DNA of 64,000 nucleotides. Source: an uncultured Acidobacteriaceae bacterium. Lineage in GTDB: Bacteria; Acidobacteriota; Terriglobia; Terriglobales; Acidobacteriaceae. The notes beneath the pieces are model-generated. The model did not search any database and had not been told where the DNA came from. It saw only the letters and a program-made list of their open reading frames with translations. The position numbers and the translations under genes were made by a program. The stretch is from assembly GCA_964246225.1 (NCBI GenBank), contig CAXTQE010000002.1:7229-71228 (forward strand), written 5' to 3'. Numbering within the stretch: the stretch's first letter is position 1; the number at the start of each line of letters is the position of its first letter. Of this stretch, positions 42,668 to 53,340 are shown piece by piece.

Positions 42668-44377
42668 TTAGTAGTTTGGCAGACCGGCAAACGCGGTGAC
42701 GGGCGGCATCGCGTTGGGGTCAGCGATGATGTCGAGCAGAACGGTGCCTTCGGCTGCCAGCGCCTGCTGAATGGCGCCAGCAATGTCCTCTGCACGCTCC
42801 ACACGGATGCCCTTCACTCCGCAGGCCTCAGCGATTGCGGCATGGTCGACTGAAACGAAATCGCATACATTCGTATGCCGTCCAAGCCCCGCGTCTTCAG
42901 CATGCTTTTGATAACCCAGGACGCTGTTGTTCATCACCGCTATCACGACCTTGATGCCGTGGCGTCGCGTCGTCTCCAGCTCTGACCAGACATGGCCAAA
43001 TCCGCCATCGCCCACAACGCAAACGACCGGTTGGTCGGGGCTGCCCAGCCGCGCTCCCATGGCCAGCGGGAAACCCCAGCCGAGCCCGGCCTGTCCGCGC
43101 GGCGTGATGAAGCGGCGATCCAACTTCGCTGTGAGATAGTTCGCCACCCAGATAGATGAGAAGCTCGCGTCCGCAACGATCATGTGATTGGCGGAAAGCT
43201 GTTTTTCAAGCTCCGCCATAAAGCGCTCCGGACGAATCGGTGACGCCTCCGATTGCGTGACATCCGCAATCTCTTCCTTATGCTTCGTGCGCGCGCCGGT
43301 GATGAACTCTTCGATGCCGGCACGAGCAGCCTGCCGCCCGGTCAGATCCTGCTTCGCCAAGGCTGCGTTGAGAGCCGCCAGAGTCAGCTTGGCATCGCCC
43401 TGCAACCGGAAGGCTTCATAGTTGCGGCCGATCTCCAAAGGGTCTACATCGATGTGGATATAGGTCGCTTCCTTCGGCAGCAGCTTCCAGGAATCGGTCC
43501 CATTTTGATTGGTACGATTGCCGATGAGCAGGATGACATCCGCCTCGGTGACCATGGGCTTCATGAACTTCGCCATGCCACGCGTTGCCATGTAATAGCC
43601 GATCACGCCCATCGACAACGGATGCGTTTCATCGACGCCGCCCTTGCCCATGGTGCTTGTGGCCACCGGCAGATGGGCAAGCTCCTGCAGTTGCCGCAGC
43701 TCGTGCTGCGCGCGAGACCCAATGACGCCGCCACCGGCATAGACGATCGGAGCCTTGGCCTTGGCCAGCATCTCCGCTGCCTGCTCCACCCTGCTCTGCT
43801 CGGGCTGGCTGCGGTCGAGTGGATATGTGCCTAGATTCGCCCTCCGAGCCGCTACAGGGCGCTCTTCGCCCTGAACCAGCAACTCCATTGAAACCAGCAG
43901 GACCGCGGGTCCGGGACGTCCGCTGGCAGCCGCTGTAAATGCCATGTCGACATAGTCTTCGATGCGGTCAGCGGTGGTTACCCGGCGTATCCACTTGGCC
44001 ACGCCCTTGAACAGGTCGAACTGGTCCAGCTCCTGAAAAGCGTTCCGATCCTGGGTTCCGGGGCCGACATCCTGCACAAGCGCTACGATAGGCACGGATG
44101 CGGAGAGGCACTCCGCCAGGCCCGGTACAAGCAGCGTCGCCGCAGGCCCGTTTTGCGCCGTGACCACCGGCACCTTTCCGCTAGCGCGTGCATAGCCGTC
44201 TGCCATATAGGTGCCGGCGTTTTCCTGGCGATAGCCAATCTGCAAGATACCCAGGTCGCTTGCGGCGAGCGTGATGCCGGGCGGGTTGCTCTGCCCAAAC
44301 AGGAACTCGACTCCATGCCGTTTGAGCGCATGGGCGAACCGTTGCGGGGGACGCATCATCAAGAGCGTTTCGCTCAT
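42668..44377 (-). CDS. ThDP-dependent acetolactate-synthase-like enzyme
   Basis: YRQENAG, AQNGPAATLL, FQELDQ and GDGGFGH...NN. No small subunit adjacent. Confidence 0.85.
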   Translation of the reverse strand: MSETLLMMRPPQRFAHALKRHGVEFLFGQSNPPGITLAASDLGILQIGYRQENAGTYMADGYARASGKVPVVTAQNGPAATLLVPGLAECLSASVPIVALVQDVGPGTQDRNAFQELDQFDLFKGVAKWIRRVTTADRIEDYVDMAFTAAASGRPGPAVLLVSMELLVQGEERPVAARRANLGTYPLDRSQPEQSRVEQAAEMLAKAKAPIVYAGGGVIGSRAQHELRQLQELAHLPVATSTMGKGGVDETHPLSMGVIGYYMATRGMAKFMKPMVTEADVILLIGNRTNQNGTDSWKLLPKEATYIHIDVDPLEIGRNYEAFRLQGDAKLTLAALNAALAKQDLTGRQAARAGIEEFITGARTKHKEEIADVTQSEASPIRPERFMAELEKQLSANHMIVADASFSSIWVANYLTAKLDRRFITPRGQAGLGWGFPLAMGARLGSPDQPVVCVVGDGGFGHVWSELETTRRHGIKVVIAVMNNSVLGYQKHAEDAGLGRHTNVCDFVSVDHAAIAEACGVKGIRVERAEDIAGAIQQALAAEGTVLLDIIADPNAMPPVTAFAGLPNY

Positions 44378-44443
44378 TTTTTACCTTCCCTTCCCAACCA
44401 TTGCAGAATCAACCCGGCCTGTGCCGGCTTACGGGGAGCGTAT

Positions 44444-45463
44444 TTACGGCTTGATCAACACCTTGCAGTGGTCATTGGGCTTACTGAGTAGCGTGAACAT
44501 TGCAGCCGCATCGTCCAGGGTTACGGTGTCGGTGATCAGCTTGTCGACTGTAATCCTTCGTGAGGTCATCATGCGCTGCGCAAAGTGAAAATCGGCGGGC
44601 ACGTATGCGAATGGAAACGTCATGCGCAGACGCTTCATCGCCGCCGAGACCACCGTGAAGTTCTCCGGTTGCATGCCCGTTCCAACCAGCACAAGCTGGG
44701 TGTGCGAAGGCGCCATCGCAATCATCTTGTCAATCATTGGGCGTCCGACGCATTCAAAGATTGCCACGGGCTTGCGTCCGGTCCTGCGTTCAAACTCTTC
44801 TACTGGATTTGCGTGCTGCGTTGCGTCGATCACAAGATCGAAGCCCACACTTTCCGCACGAGCCCGGCGCGCCGGCACCATCTCGCTGATGGCTACATCA
44901 CCGGCGCCAAAGAACTGCGCCCACTTCGCCACAGCCAGGCCGATGACCCCGGCGCCAAGGATGAGAATGCTTGCTCCCGGGTCGAGTTTTGCCGCTTTCC
45001 ATGCGTTCAAGCCAACTGCCATCGGCTCGATCGTGGCGGCCTCATCATCCGAGAGAACAGCGGAGATTTTGACGGCGAGCCCGGCCATGCAAGTCGCGTA
45101 CTCGGCAAAGGCACCCGGCATTCTAGGGTCGAAGCCCTGCGCGATGATTGCGCTGCACTGCGCGTACTGGCCGGCTCTGCACTCCGGGCACGCGCCGCAC
45201 GGACGCGCGGGAACAGCCGTCAGGCGATCGCCGACTTGCCAGCCTTCGCATCCGGGGCCGACCTCAACCACTTCCCCCGAGTACTCATGGCCAAGCGTGC
45301 TTCCCGAATGCAGCAGCCCTGGAACTTCGACAGCGTGAAGGTCCGATCCGCATATGCCGCAAGCCTTCACCCTGAATACAAGCCCACCGGGCGAAGCACT
45401 CGGCTTTGCGACTTCTGCCAGTTCCAACGGCTTTCCGATTCCGACAAACTGCAGCGTCTTCAT
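44444..45463 (-). CDS. zinc-binding dehydrogenase (MDR)
   Basis: GICGSD, GHEYSG, CGACPEC and GAGVIG. Start MKTLQ follows an AAGGGAG RBS. Confidence 0.88.
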   Translation of the reverse strand: MKTLQFVGIGKPLELAEVAKPSASPGGLVFRVKACGICGSDLHAVEVPGLLHSGSTLGHEYSGEVVEVGPGCEGWQVGDRLTAVPARPCGACPECRAGQYAQCSAIIAQGFDPRMPGAFAEYATCMAGLAVKISAVLSDDEAATIEPMAVGLNAWKAAKLDPGASILILGAGVIGLAVAKWAQFFGAGDVAISEMVPARRARAESVGFDLVIDATQHANPVEEFERRTGRKPVAIFECVGRPMIDKMIAMAPSHTQLVLVGTGMQPENFTVVSAAMKRLRMTFPFAYVPADFHFAQRMMTSRRITVDKLITDTVTLDDAAAMFTLLSKPNDHCKVLIKP

Positions 45464-45520
45464 CCCAGTTCTCCCTTGTACTGCTCTTTCCTGCGTTCCC
45501 ACTACTTACGCGTTCGTACT

Positions 45521-46168
45521 TCAATCTAAGCGCCTATTTACGATCAAGCCTTTCGAACTACGATCAAGCCCTTCGAAACCGAACACCATCATTGCCGCCA
45601 TGAGGCGATCTACCGTCAGGCCACTAACGGACGGCACCCATTTGCCCAGCCAGATCAGCATGCCAAGCAGCAGTTCGACAACCAGCTCCGGTTCACACTG
45701 CACCAGCGAATGATCTGCCGTGCCTTCCTGAAGAAAGCCGATCATGATGGCTTTCAAGCGATCGATCCAACTCTTGATAGCTTTGCGCTGCGCTGTATCG
45801 AGGTACGAGTAGTCGCCGAGATAGAGAAGCGCGCCATTTTCTCGCGAGTCGACGAGCATGCCATGGATAAAGATACGCAGCTTTTCGCTACCCGTGCTGC
45901 CCTCTTTGTCCGCGGCTTCGAGCAGGCGCTGGGCGCGTTCGAGGGATTTGCGGTGACAGGCATAGGCAAGCGTCCGTTTGTCATGGAAGTAGTGGTACAG
46001 CGTAGCGTCGCGCAGTTCCAAGGCTGCTGCGATATCGATCATGGTGGCCTGTGCATAGCTTCTGGCGTTGATGGTCTCGGTGGCGGCGCGCATGATTTCG
46101 GCGCGCCGCTTGTCGGATTTGCGGCTTTTTGACACGGTTTTCTGAACTTTTAGCTTCTTCGTTGCCAT
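45521..46168 (-). CDS. TetR-family regulator
   Basis: RRAEIMRAATETINARSYAQATMIDIAAALELRDATLYHYFHDK. Divergent from the TBDR. Confidence 0.9.
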   Translation of the reverse strand: MATKKLKVQKTVSKSRKSDKRRAEIMRAATETINARSYAQATMIDIAAALELRDATLYHYFHDKRTLAYACHRKSLERAQRLLEAADKEGSTGSEKLRIFIHGMLVDSRENGALLYLGDYSYLDTAQRKAIKSWIDRLKAIMIGFLQEGTADHSLVQCEPELVVELLLGMLIWLGKWVPSVSGLTVDRLMAAMMVFGFEGLDRSSKGLIVNRRLD

Positions 46169-46212
46169 AAACGATGAAAGGGCCTCAAAGCCGGTGTCTG
46201 GTGCAGCAAGCA

Positions 46213-46256
46213 TTCTGACATATCTAGTACACGTTAGAAAAACTAGTCTTGACTAG
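46213..46256. promoter_or_regulatory. candidate TetR operator
   Basis: Perfect palindrome CTAGTC-TT-GACTAG (46243-46256) and imperfect TTCTGAC...GTTAGAA (46213-46239) in the tetR/TBDR divergent region. Confidence 0.5.
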
Positions 46257-46289
46257 AGTGTTGATGCTGGACTAAATTCACGTCCGTCA

Positions 46290-49200
46290 ATGCGCAGGGA
46301 GTTGAGCCGTCACGAAAGTCACGCGGTGCTCAAACTGAACCGGCGCATGAATCCAAAAACAGGGCCCGACCTAATGATGGAAAAGCGAGACATACAGCGC
46401 GTAGATCTACGATTCGGCACGAGGATGGAAGCCATGAACCTGCAAACACCAGGATTCGTTTATACCGCACGTACCATGCGCGAGCCCGCAGGAGAAAAGC
46501 TCTACGGTGCAGTCTCCCGGTTCCTTTGTGTGGCTGTCCTGGTCTTCCTCACCAGCTTGGGGGCTTTCGCTCAATCCGGGTACACGACCGGTACGATCGT
46601 CGGAACGGTCACAGATCCGGCCGGCGCCGCCGTTGCAAATGCCTCCGTTGTCGTCAGGAACAACGGCACCGCGCAAGAGCGACGCATCACCACCAACTCC
46701 GATGGAGCCTTTCAGGTCCCCACGCTGAACCCAGGTATTTACTCCATCGAGGTCACCGCACCGGGCTTCGCCAAGGTGGTCGCGACTCAGATCGACGTGA
46801 CTGTGGGCGAGACAGCTACCTTCAACCCTCACCTCACCCTTGGAGACGTGCAGACGGTTCTCGAAGTGAAGGGTGATTCCTTGCCACTGATCGACACGGC
46901 GCAGACCCAGCAGGCCAACACGATCAACACCCTGCAGCAGGTGAACCTGCCTAATCTTTCGAGGAACTTCGCGCAGCAGCTGTTTACTCTGCCTGGCGTG
47001 ACGGACTCGAACGCGGCTTCGATTCAGGACCCCAACGTGGGCACCGGATACCAGTCATCGGGCGCATCGTTCGGAGGCGGCAACGGCCGTGGCAACCTGT
47101 TCACGATTGACGGCGGAGAGAACGACTACGGCTCGGGCGGCCCGCGCGTGGCGCATGTCCCGCAGGATTCAGTTCAGGAATTTCAAGTCAATCGCAATTC
47201 GTTCGGTGCGGAATTTGGATTCACGCTTGGCTCGGCAATCAACGTCGTCACCAAAAGCGGCACAAACAAATTTCATGGACGCGCGTTCGGATACTTTCAT
47301 GACGAGACAACGGATGCGGTCAACTACTTCAACAGCTTCGGTCCCACAGCCGGACAAAGACCATTTGAGCAGAGCGCTATTTTCGGTGGCTCCATCGGCG
47401 GTCCCATCAAGAAAGATAAGCTCTTCTTTTTTGCGTCCTTTGAGCGTCAGAAGCTTGACAGCAACATCACCACAAACCTGCTGGGCACGGCGGAAGCGCA
47501 GGGGCTGAACGCGCAGACAAACGGTATCAATGGACTGAGCTGTCCGGCACCGGTGACCCAAAAATGCTATCTGGCGCAGATCAACGCCCTGGGCGCGGGT
47601 GCGTTGTTCACGTCGATCACGCCTGCACTTACTCCGGTCAACAATCCTCAGTTTGTTAATCTTGTCGCGCCCGATAGCGGCACCTTCGATGGCAACGCGC
47701 TCGGTGCCGTGCAATCAGCGCCCGGCGCGGATGGCCGCTACAACAATCTCGTGACTCGTCTGGACTACCAGCCGAACGAGAAGAATAACTACTCGCTGCG
47801 CTTTTCCTACTCGCGCGAGGCCAACCAAGTTATCGGCGCGGGTGGCGCGCCGCGATTTACCTCGGTGCTGCAGCAGTTGCGCGACTATACGATTACCACG
47901 AACTGGAACCACATCTTTACTCCCAACCTGGTCAACACGGTTCGCGTCCAGGTCGTTCCGTTCAATTCCTCCAATAACAACACGCCCCACGGTGGAGCGG
48001 AGTTCGACTTCGGCAGCCTGGGTACGGTCGGAACAATCTTCGACATTCCCTATAACCAAAGCCAGAATCAATATCAGTTTGATGACGACCTTTCGCTCAC
48101 AAAGGGCAGCCACGCTCTGAAGTTCGGCTTCTCATTCCGGCCGGTACAATTCAACATCTTTCAGGCTTTTCTGTTCAATGGCGATTATCAGTTCGAGGAC
48201 GGAGCGGTTGCTTTGTACGACCTCTTCGCGGGCGTAACTATCCCGGGTATCGGGCCTGCCCAGGGTCTGCTGGGACAGATCAATACAGCTCTCGGCTATT
48301 TCGCGAACGGCCCTGCTACGACCAATCTGAGCGCGGCACAGCTCTATAGCCTCGGCCAGCCCATCGTTCTCGAACAGGGTGCGGGCAACGGGCAGTACAA
48401 TGCAACGACCAAGCCACTCGGCATCTACGCGCAGGACTCCTGGAAGGCGACGCGTAAGCTCACCTTGAACTATGGTGGCCGATTCGACTATGACCCGATT
48501 CCCAACAACTACCCCGCCAGCTACTTTGCTTCGCCCCGCGTAGGCCTGGCGTTCGATGCGTTCGGCAATGGCAAGACTGTCGTACGTGCGGGTGGCGGTC
48601 TGTTCACCGCGCCCGAGCTCTTCATCGTTCCGTTTACGTCCACCGTTCTGGATGGCTCTGCCAACCACATCTTCGCGACGGTCCGTACCGCCGCTGACTC
48701 CGCACCACAGCTGAAAGGCGCACTGGCGATGGAGAAAGCGGGCGCAACCGCAGCCAATCCCAATCCCGCTCTCACGGTGGCCCAATTGGCCACCGTAGGC
48801 TTCAATGTGATCCCTACCGGACCTACGAAGGTCGGCGGCGCATTCTTCAGTGTCGATCCCAACTTCAAGCAGCAGTATTCCATCCAGGGCAGTGCGAGCG
48901 TCGTGCAGGAGCTTGTTCCCAGCCTCTCGTTCGAGCTTGGTTACATCTACTACGCGGGCGTGCATATCCAGGAAATTCAGGAAGCAAACTTCGTCCCTAA
49001 TGGCACAGTCGACCCGTTCGTCGGGCCGATTTACACACAGAAAGCCGGCTCGACAGACGGCGAGCCGAATGCAACGATTGTGCAAAACGACCAGACCACT
49101 TCGGCCGGACACTCGAGTTACAACGGCCTTACGGCATCTCTCAGCAAGCGCTACGGACATGGGCTTCAGTTCCAGGTCAACTACACCTGGAGCAAAGCCC

Positions 49201-49862
49201 TCGACAACGTCAGCGACTTCAGTTCGCAAAGTACGCCGTTCCGTCCTGGTCCGCTCAACCTGGATCGTAGCGTGTCGGACTTCAACGTCAAGAACAGCTT
49301 TGTCGCCAACGCGGTTTACACCAGCCCGGTGCATCACAGCGGTGACAGCATCGTGCGCAATATCTACTCCGATTTCGTGGTGGCTCCCATTGTTCAGGTC
49401 CGCGATGGCGTGCCGTTTACGGAACTTGTTCCGGGTATTGGGGGCCCTGCGTCGAACGGCAACTCGTCCCACACCAGCGAGGCGCGTCCGTTCCATGAAG
49501 GCCGCAATCTTGGCGTCGGGTCAGGCTATTCGACGTTCGACATGCGCGTGTCTCGCGGCATTTCGCTCAAGCACGATTCACCGCTGCGTCTGGATCTGAT
49601 CGCGCAGTCTTCGAACGTTCTCAACCATACGAACTTCACCAGCGTGCAGAACATCTTCCCAAATACTGCTGTCACCAATGCCGCCAACGTGACCACGTCC
49701 GCAATCGTCAACACACCGGAGGGCAACATAGACCTACTCAACGGACCATACAACCTGAAGGGATTTCGGCCGGCCAACGCTTCGCAGTTGACCTCTCCGC
49801 TTGCCTTCAAAACCGCCGCTCCCCCGCGCCAGATTAGCTTCGGGCTGGAGTTGGCGTTCTAA
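46290..49862 (+). CDS. TonB-dependent receptor (Oar/Acidobacteria type); true start probably 140-190 nt downstream
   Basis: Signal peptide ...SLGAFA-Q, GTVTDPAGA domain, INVVTKSGTN, YAQDSWK and C-terminal RQISFGLELAF. Confidence 0.92.
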   Translation: MRRELSRHESHAVLKLNRRMNPKTGPDLMMEKRDIQRVDLRFGTRMEAMNLQTPGFVYTARTMREPAGEKLYGAVSRFLCVAVLVFLTSLGAFAQSGYTTGTIVGTVTDPAGAAVANASVVVRNNGTAQERRITTNSDGAFQVPTLNPGIYSIEVTAPGFAKVVATQIDVTVGETATFNPHLTLGDVQTVLEVKGDSLPLIDTAQTQQANTINTLQQVNLPNLSRNFAQQLFTLPGVTDSNAASIQDPNVGTGYQSSGASFGGGNGRGNLFTIDGGENDYGSGGPRVAHVPQDSVQEFQVNRNSFGAEFGFTLGSAINVVTKSGTNKFHGRAFGYFHDETTDAVNYFNSFGPTAGQRPFEQSAIFGGSIGGPIKKDKLFFFASFERQKLDSNITTNLLGTAEAQGLNAQTNGINGLSCPAPVTQKCYLAQINALGAGALFTSITPALTPVNNPQFVNLVAPDSGTFDGNALGAVQSAPGADGRYNNLVTRLDYQPNEKNNYSLRFSYSREANQVIGAGGAPRFTSVLQQLRDYTITTNWNHIFTPNLVNTVRVQVVPFNSSNNNTPHGGAEFDFGSLGTVGTIFDIPYNQSQNQYQFDDDLSLTKGSHALKFGFSFRPVQFNIFQAFLFNGDYQFEDGAVALYDLFAGVTIPGIGPAQGLLGQINTALGYFANGPATTNLSAAQLYSLGQPIVLEQGAGNGQYNATTKPLGIYAQDSWKATRKLTLNYGGRFDYDPIPNNYPASYFASPRVGLAFDAFGNGKTVVRAGGGLFTAPELFIVPFTSTVLDGSANHIFATVRTAADSAPQLKGALAMEKAGATAANPNPALTVAQLATVGFNVIPTGPTKVGGAFFSVDPNFKQQYSIQGSASVVQELVPSLSFELGYIYYAGVHIQEIQEANFVPNGTVDPFVGPIYTQKAGSTDGEPNATIVQNDQTTSAGHSSYNGLTASLSKRYGHGLQFQVNYTWSKALDNVSDFSSQSTPFRPGPLNLDRSVSDFNVKNSFVANAVYTSPVHHSGDSIVRNIYSDFVVAPIVQVRDGVPFTELVPGIGGPASNGNSSHTSEARPFHEGRNLGVGSGYSTFDMRVSRGISLKHDSPLRLDLIAQSSNVLNHTNFTSVQNIFPNTAVTNAANVTTSAIVNTPEGNIDLLNGPYNLKGFRPANASQLTSPLAFKTAAPPRQISFGLELAF

Positions 49863-49888
49863 CGATTCCCCGACGCACACGCAAGGGT

Positions 49889-49920
49889 CCCGCTCCGAAC
49901 ACAGGATCAATCGGAGCGGG
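49889..49920. terminator. hairpin after the TBDR (attenuator or RNA stabiliser)
   Basis: CCCGCTCCGA-N12-TCGGAGCGGG. No U-tract. Confidence 0.45.
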
Positions 49921-49940
49921 CCGTCAGGAGTTCCGTAAGC

Positions 49941-50426
49941 ATGCATGCGAAAGTACTCCGATACCTCGCTGTCGAAAGCACCGGAAGCGGTGTTGTGAAC
50001 GGCATTCTTAACTGCGCGGCGGCGTGGCTGATCTTTCACGGACGTGGACAAGTCCCTGTCGGAGGCCCCGTGGGGCTGGTCAGAGACTCTATTGGAGAAA
50101 CGTTCCTAGTGGCCGCTCTGAGCTATATGGCAGCAGCTCTCATTTCTCGTCACCGCCGCCGCGCCGGAACGTTGCCGCAGACCAGCACCATGCACATGCG
50201 ATCGCCGGCCAACGTGTACCTATGGTCTTTCCTGGTCGGCATCGTCTTCACGTGTGTGCTGGCGCCTCTTAACGCGCTACTTCTTCCGAGAGTGTTTCCG
50301 GTTGGCGTTAGTCTTGGAAGTGTTGTTCTCTTCAAAACCCTGTTTGGGGCAGTCCTGGGAGCACTAGTTACGTGGATCGCCATCTCCCGAGCACTCAACG
50401 AAGTCCACTCTCCCGTGAAGGCCTGA
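49941..50426 (+). CDS. four-TM hypothetical membrane protein
   Basis: AGGAG RBS, hydrophobic segments, operonic position between TBDR and BVMO. Confidence 0.75.
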   Translation: MHAKVLRYLAVESTGSGVVNGILNCAAAWLIFHGRGQVPVGGPVGLVRDSIGETFLVAALSYMAAALISRHRRRAGTLPQTSTMHMRSPANVYLWSFLVGIVFTCVLAPLNALLLPRVFPVGVSLGSVVLFKTLFGAVLGALVTWIAISRALNEVHSPVKA

Positions 50427-50491
50427 ACCAGAAGCGTACGTTTTTGGTCCCTTCAGCGTCCTATGGGCGTAAAGCATACAGACAGGATTCC

Positions 50492-51943
50492 ATGTCAACG
50501 CATATTGATGTATTGATCGTAGGCGCAGGTCTTTCCGGCATTGCTGCTGCGTATCACCTGCAGGCCGACAGTCCGAAAAAGACGTATCGCATCGTGGAAG
50601 GCCGAAGCGCACTTGGCGGTACCTGGGATCTTTTCCGTTACCCCGGCATTCGGTCAGACTCGGACATGCACACCATGGGCTTTTCCTTTAAGCCCTGGAC
50701 CAGCGACAAAGTGATTGCCGACGGCTCGGACATCCTGAGCTACCTGAAAGAAACAACGCATCAATACGGCATTGATCGCAACATTCAATACAACACCCGT
50801 GTCGTCAAAGCCAGTTGGACCTCCGAGCAGGCCCGTTGGACGGTCGAGATGGAGAGCGGTCCGTCACGGGAGCGTTCGACGCTTACTTGCTCATTCCTAT
50901 TTATGTGCAGTGGCTACTATAGCTACGATAAGGGCCACACACCCGATTTTGCCGGCGCCGACCGCTTCAAGGGTCGCATCGTTCATCCCCAGGACTGGCC
51001 GCAGGATCTCGACTACGCGGGGAAACAGGTCGTCATCATCGGTAGTGGAGCCACTGCCGTGACCCTGGTTCCTTCCATGGCCCAAACAGCGGCGCACGTC
51101 ACGATGTTGCAGCGCTCGCCCACGTACATCGTCGCCCGGCCGGCGTTGGATCCGTTCGCAACCAAGCTGAGCAAGTATCTGCCGTACAGCGTGGCTGCAC
51201 GTCTCACGCGCTGGCGGAATATCCTGATCGGCAGGCACTTCTACGGTATCGCTCGCAAGGAGCCAGAGAAGTTCAGCGCCGCGATTATCGGCGGTGCGCG
51301 CGCCCAGCTGGGAGAGAATTACGACGTCGCCACGCACTTCACCCCGAAGTACAAACCATGGGACCAGCGGCTTTGCCTTGTACCGGACGGCGACCTGTTC
51401 AAAGCGATCCGCGAAGGCCACGCCACCATCGTCACCGATACCATCGACAGCTTCAACGAAACAGGCATCAAGCTCACATCGGGCAAGGAACTCCCGGCGG
51501 ACGTGATCGTGACGGCCACGGGTCTCACGATGAAGCTGCTGAGCAATGTCGACGTTTATGTCGATGGAAAATTGGTTCAATTAAATAAAACCTTCAACTA
51601 TAAAGGCACTATGTTCAGCGGCGTACCCAACTTCGCGCTCACCATTGGATACACCAACGCCTCATGGACCCTGAAAGCTGAACTCAGCTGCCGCTATGTT
51701 TGCCGTCTGCTCAACTATATGGACCGGCATAAATATCGCAGCGCGGTGCCGAACTATCTCGAGGGTTCGATCGGTGAACAGCCCATGGTCAGCCTCACGT
51801 CGGGATATGTTCAACGCGTCGCGAGCGAACTTCCGAAGCAGGGTCTCGCGATGCCGTGGACGCTGCGCCAGGATTTTCCTCGCGATTCAATGGCTTTGCG
51901 CTACGGCAAAGTCAATGATGGATCGATGCGCTTCGCAAGATAG
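50492..51943 (+). CDS. Baeyer-Villiger/flavin monooxygenase, EthA-like
   Basis: GAGLSG, GGTWDLFRYPGIRSDS, FKGRIVHPQDWP (BVMO fingerprint), GSGATA and PWDQRLC. Confidence 0.92.
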   Translation: MSTHIDVLIVGAGLSGIAAAYHLQADSPKKTYRIVEGRSALGGTWDLFRYPGIRSDSDMHTMGFSFKPWTSDKVIADGSDILSYLKETTHQYGIDRNIQYNTRVVKASWTSEQARWTVEMESGPSRERSTLTCSFLFMCSGYYSYDKGHTPDFAGADRFKGRIVHPQDWPQDLDYAGKQVVIIGSGATAVTLVPSMAQTAAHVTMLQRSPTYIVARPALDPFATKLSKYLPYSVAARLTRWRNILIGRHFYGIARKEPEKFSAAIIGGARAQLGENYDVATHFTPKYKPWDQRLCLVPDGDLFKAIREGHATIVTDTIDSFNETGIKLTSGKELPADVIVTATGLTMKLLSNVDVYVDGKLVQLNKTFNYKGTMFSGVPNFALTIGYTNASWTLKAELSCRYVCRLLNYMDRHKYRSAVPNYLEGSIGEQPMVSLTSGYVQRVASELPKQGLAMPWTLRQDFPRDSMALRYGKVNDGSMRFAR

Positions 51944-51964
51944 AGGGTGGTGCTCCGGCGCAAA

Positions 51965-53125
51965 CTAGTCCCACGCCTCGCGATAGATGGAAGCGATCTC
52001 ATCGGCATCAGGAATGCGGGGGTTGTTTTGCGGAGAACCTGAAGCGAGCGCCTGCGCGGCCATTGTAGGGATTACGCTGAGGTAGCGCTCCTTGTGGATG
52101 CCAAACTGCCGTGGCGATGGCACATCGAGTTCAGCATTGCACCTTTGTAGGCCGAGGAGTAGCGCTTTGACGGCCTCCTTGTCCGTACTGCTGTCGTCGG
52201 CCAACCCCATCGTGCGCGCGCATAGAGCGTATCGCTCCGGGGCTGCCGAGACGGAGAAGGCGGTGACGGCGGGCAGCAGCATGGCATTGGATAACCCATG
52301 GGGAATGTGGAAATGCACTCCAAGCGGACGGCTCATGCCATGCACGAGTGCGACGCTCGCATTTGAAAAAGCAATACCCGCCTGCGTCGCCGCAAGCATC
52401 ATGGCTTCTCGCGCGTTCCGGTTGGCTGGCTCATGGACGCATGCAGGAAGATTTTGCCAGATGGTTTTCATCGCCGTCAGCGCAAAGGTATCCGCGAACG
52501 GGTTGGCCTTGCGGCTCACAAAAGCTTCGATGGCGTGCGTCAGCGAGTCGATTCCGGTATCCGCGATCAGACGCACCGGCATGCTCAGCGTCAGCTCATA
52601 ATCCACGACCGCTGCGGTGGGTAAAAGGACATCACCGGCAATCAACATCTTCTCTTCGGTGTCAACGTCGGTGATGACCGTGAAGCGCGTGACCTCGGAG
52701 CCGGTGCCAGCCGTGGTCGGAATCGCAAGATGCATGGGGCTGGCTACAGACGGACCGTTCGGAGATTTGTAGTCACGCACCTTGCCGCCGTTCTTTGCCA
52801 GCATGCCGATAGCTTTGGCTGTGTCGATGGGACTTCCTCCGCCGAGGCTTACAAGACTGTCATGATCGCCGGACAAAAACAGATCAACGCCATGTTCGAC
52901 GACGGCCGACGTTGGTTCCGGCACTGTTTCAGAAAAGATGGCGCATGCAAGGCCTGCTGCGTGGATCTGCTGCCTCAGCTTTTCCACGAGGCCGCTCTTC
53001 ACCATAAATGGGTCGGTCACGATCAGCGGCCGCCGACACCCCAGCTTCAGCAATACGGCGTGGACTTCCGCGAAGCAGCCGCCTCCGATGAGGAGCACAC
53101 ATGGAATCCGAATCTCAGCGGTCAT
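51965..53125 (-). CDS. iron-containing alcohol dehydrogenase
   Basis: GGGSPIDTAK, PTTAGTGSE, DSLTHAIE and HGMS...HG. Confidence 0.92.
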   Translation of the reverse strand: MTAEIRIPCVLLIGGGCFAEVHAVLLKLGCRRPLIVTDPFMVKSGLVEKLRQQIHAAGLACAIFSETVPEPTSAVVEHGVDLFLSGDHDSLVSLGGGSPIDTAKAIGMLAKNGGKVRDYKSPNGPSVASPMHLAIPTTAGTGSEVTRFTVITDVDTEEKMLIAGDVLLPTAAVVDYELTLSMPVRLIADTGIDSLTHAIEAFVSRKANPFADTFALTAMKTIWQNLPACVHEPANRNAREAMMLAATQAGIAFSNASVALVHGMSRPLGVHFHIPHGLSNAMLLPAVTAFSVSAAPERYALCARTMGLADDSSTDKEAVKALLLGLQRCNAELDVPSPRQFGIHKERYLSVIPTMAAQALASGSPQNNPRIPDADEIASIYREAWD

Positions 53126-53340
53126 AGGATGTCTCCGGAATGTATCGCCAGGCTGTGCAGTAACGCTCACGCGCAGACGCTCCAACCTGGCATGACATCG
53201 CTGGACAGTATATGTCTGCGGCGAGTATCTTACCGTCTGGTTAGTAAGTCAACCAGCAGTCGTGCGGGAGTGAAGCGTTCCACTGCCGGCCGACTTCTCA
53301 TGTGTCACGGTGAATAAGCTTCGGAGGCAGCACGCACGCA

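Noticed and set aside
38985-44377. Mevalonate or branched-chain amino acid biosynthesis operon
   Set aside because: No mvaS, mvaK or mvaD, and no ilvH, ilvC or ilvD nearby. The neighbours are catabolic enzymes.
44585-45529. Long antisense ORFs (also 48132-49496, 54488-55414, 56279-57524)
   Set aside because: Shadow frames of well-supported genes in GC-rich DNA.
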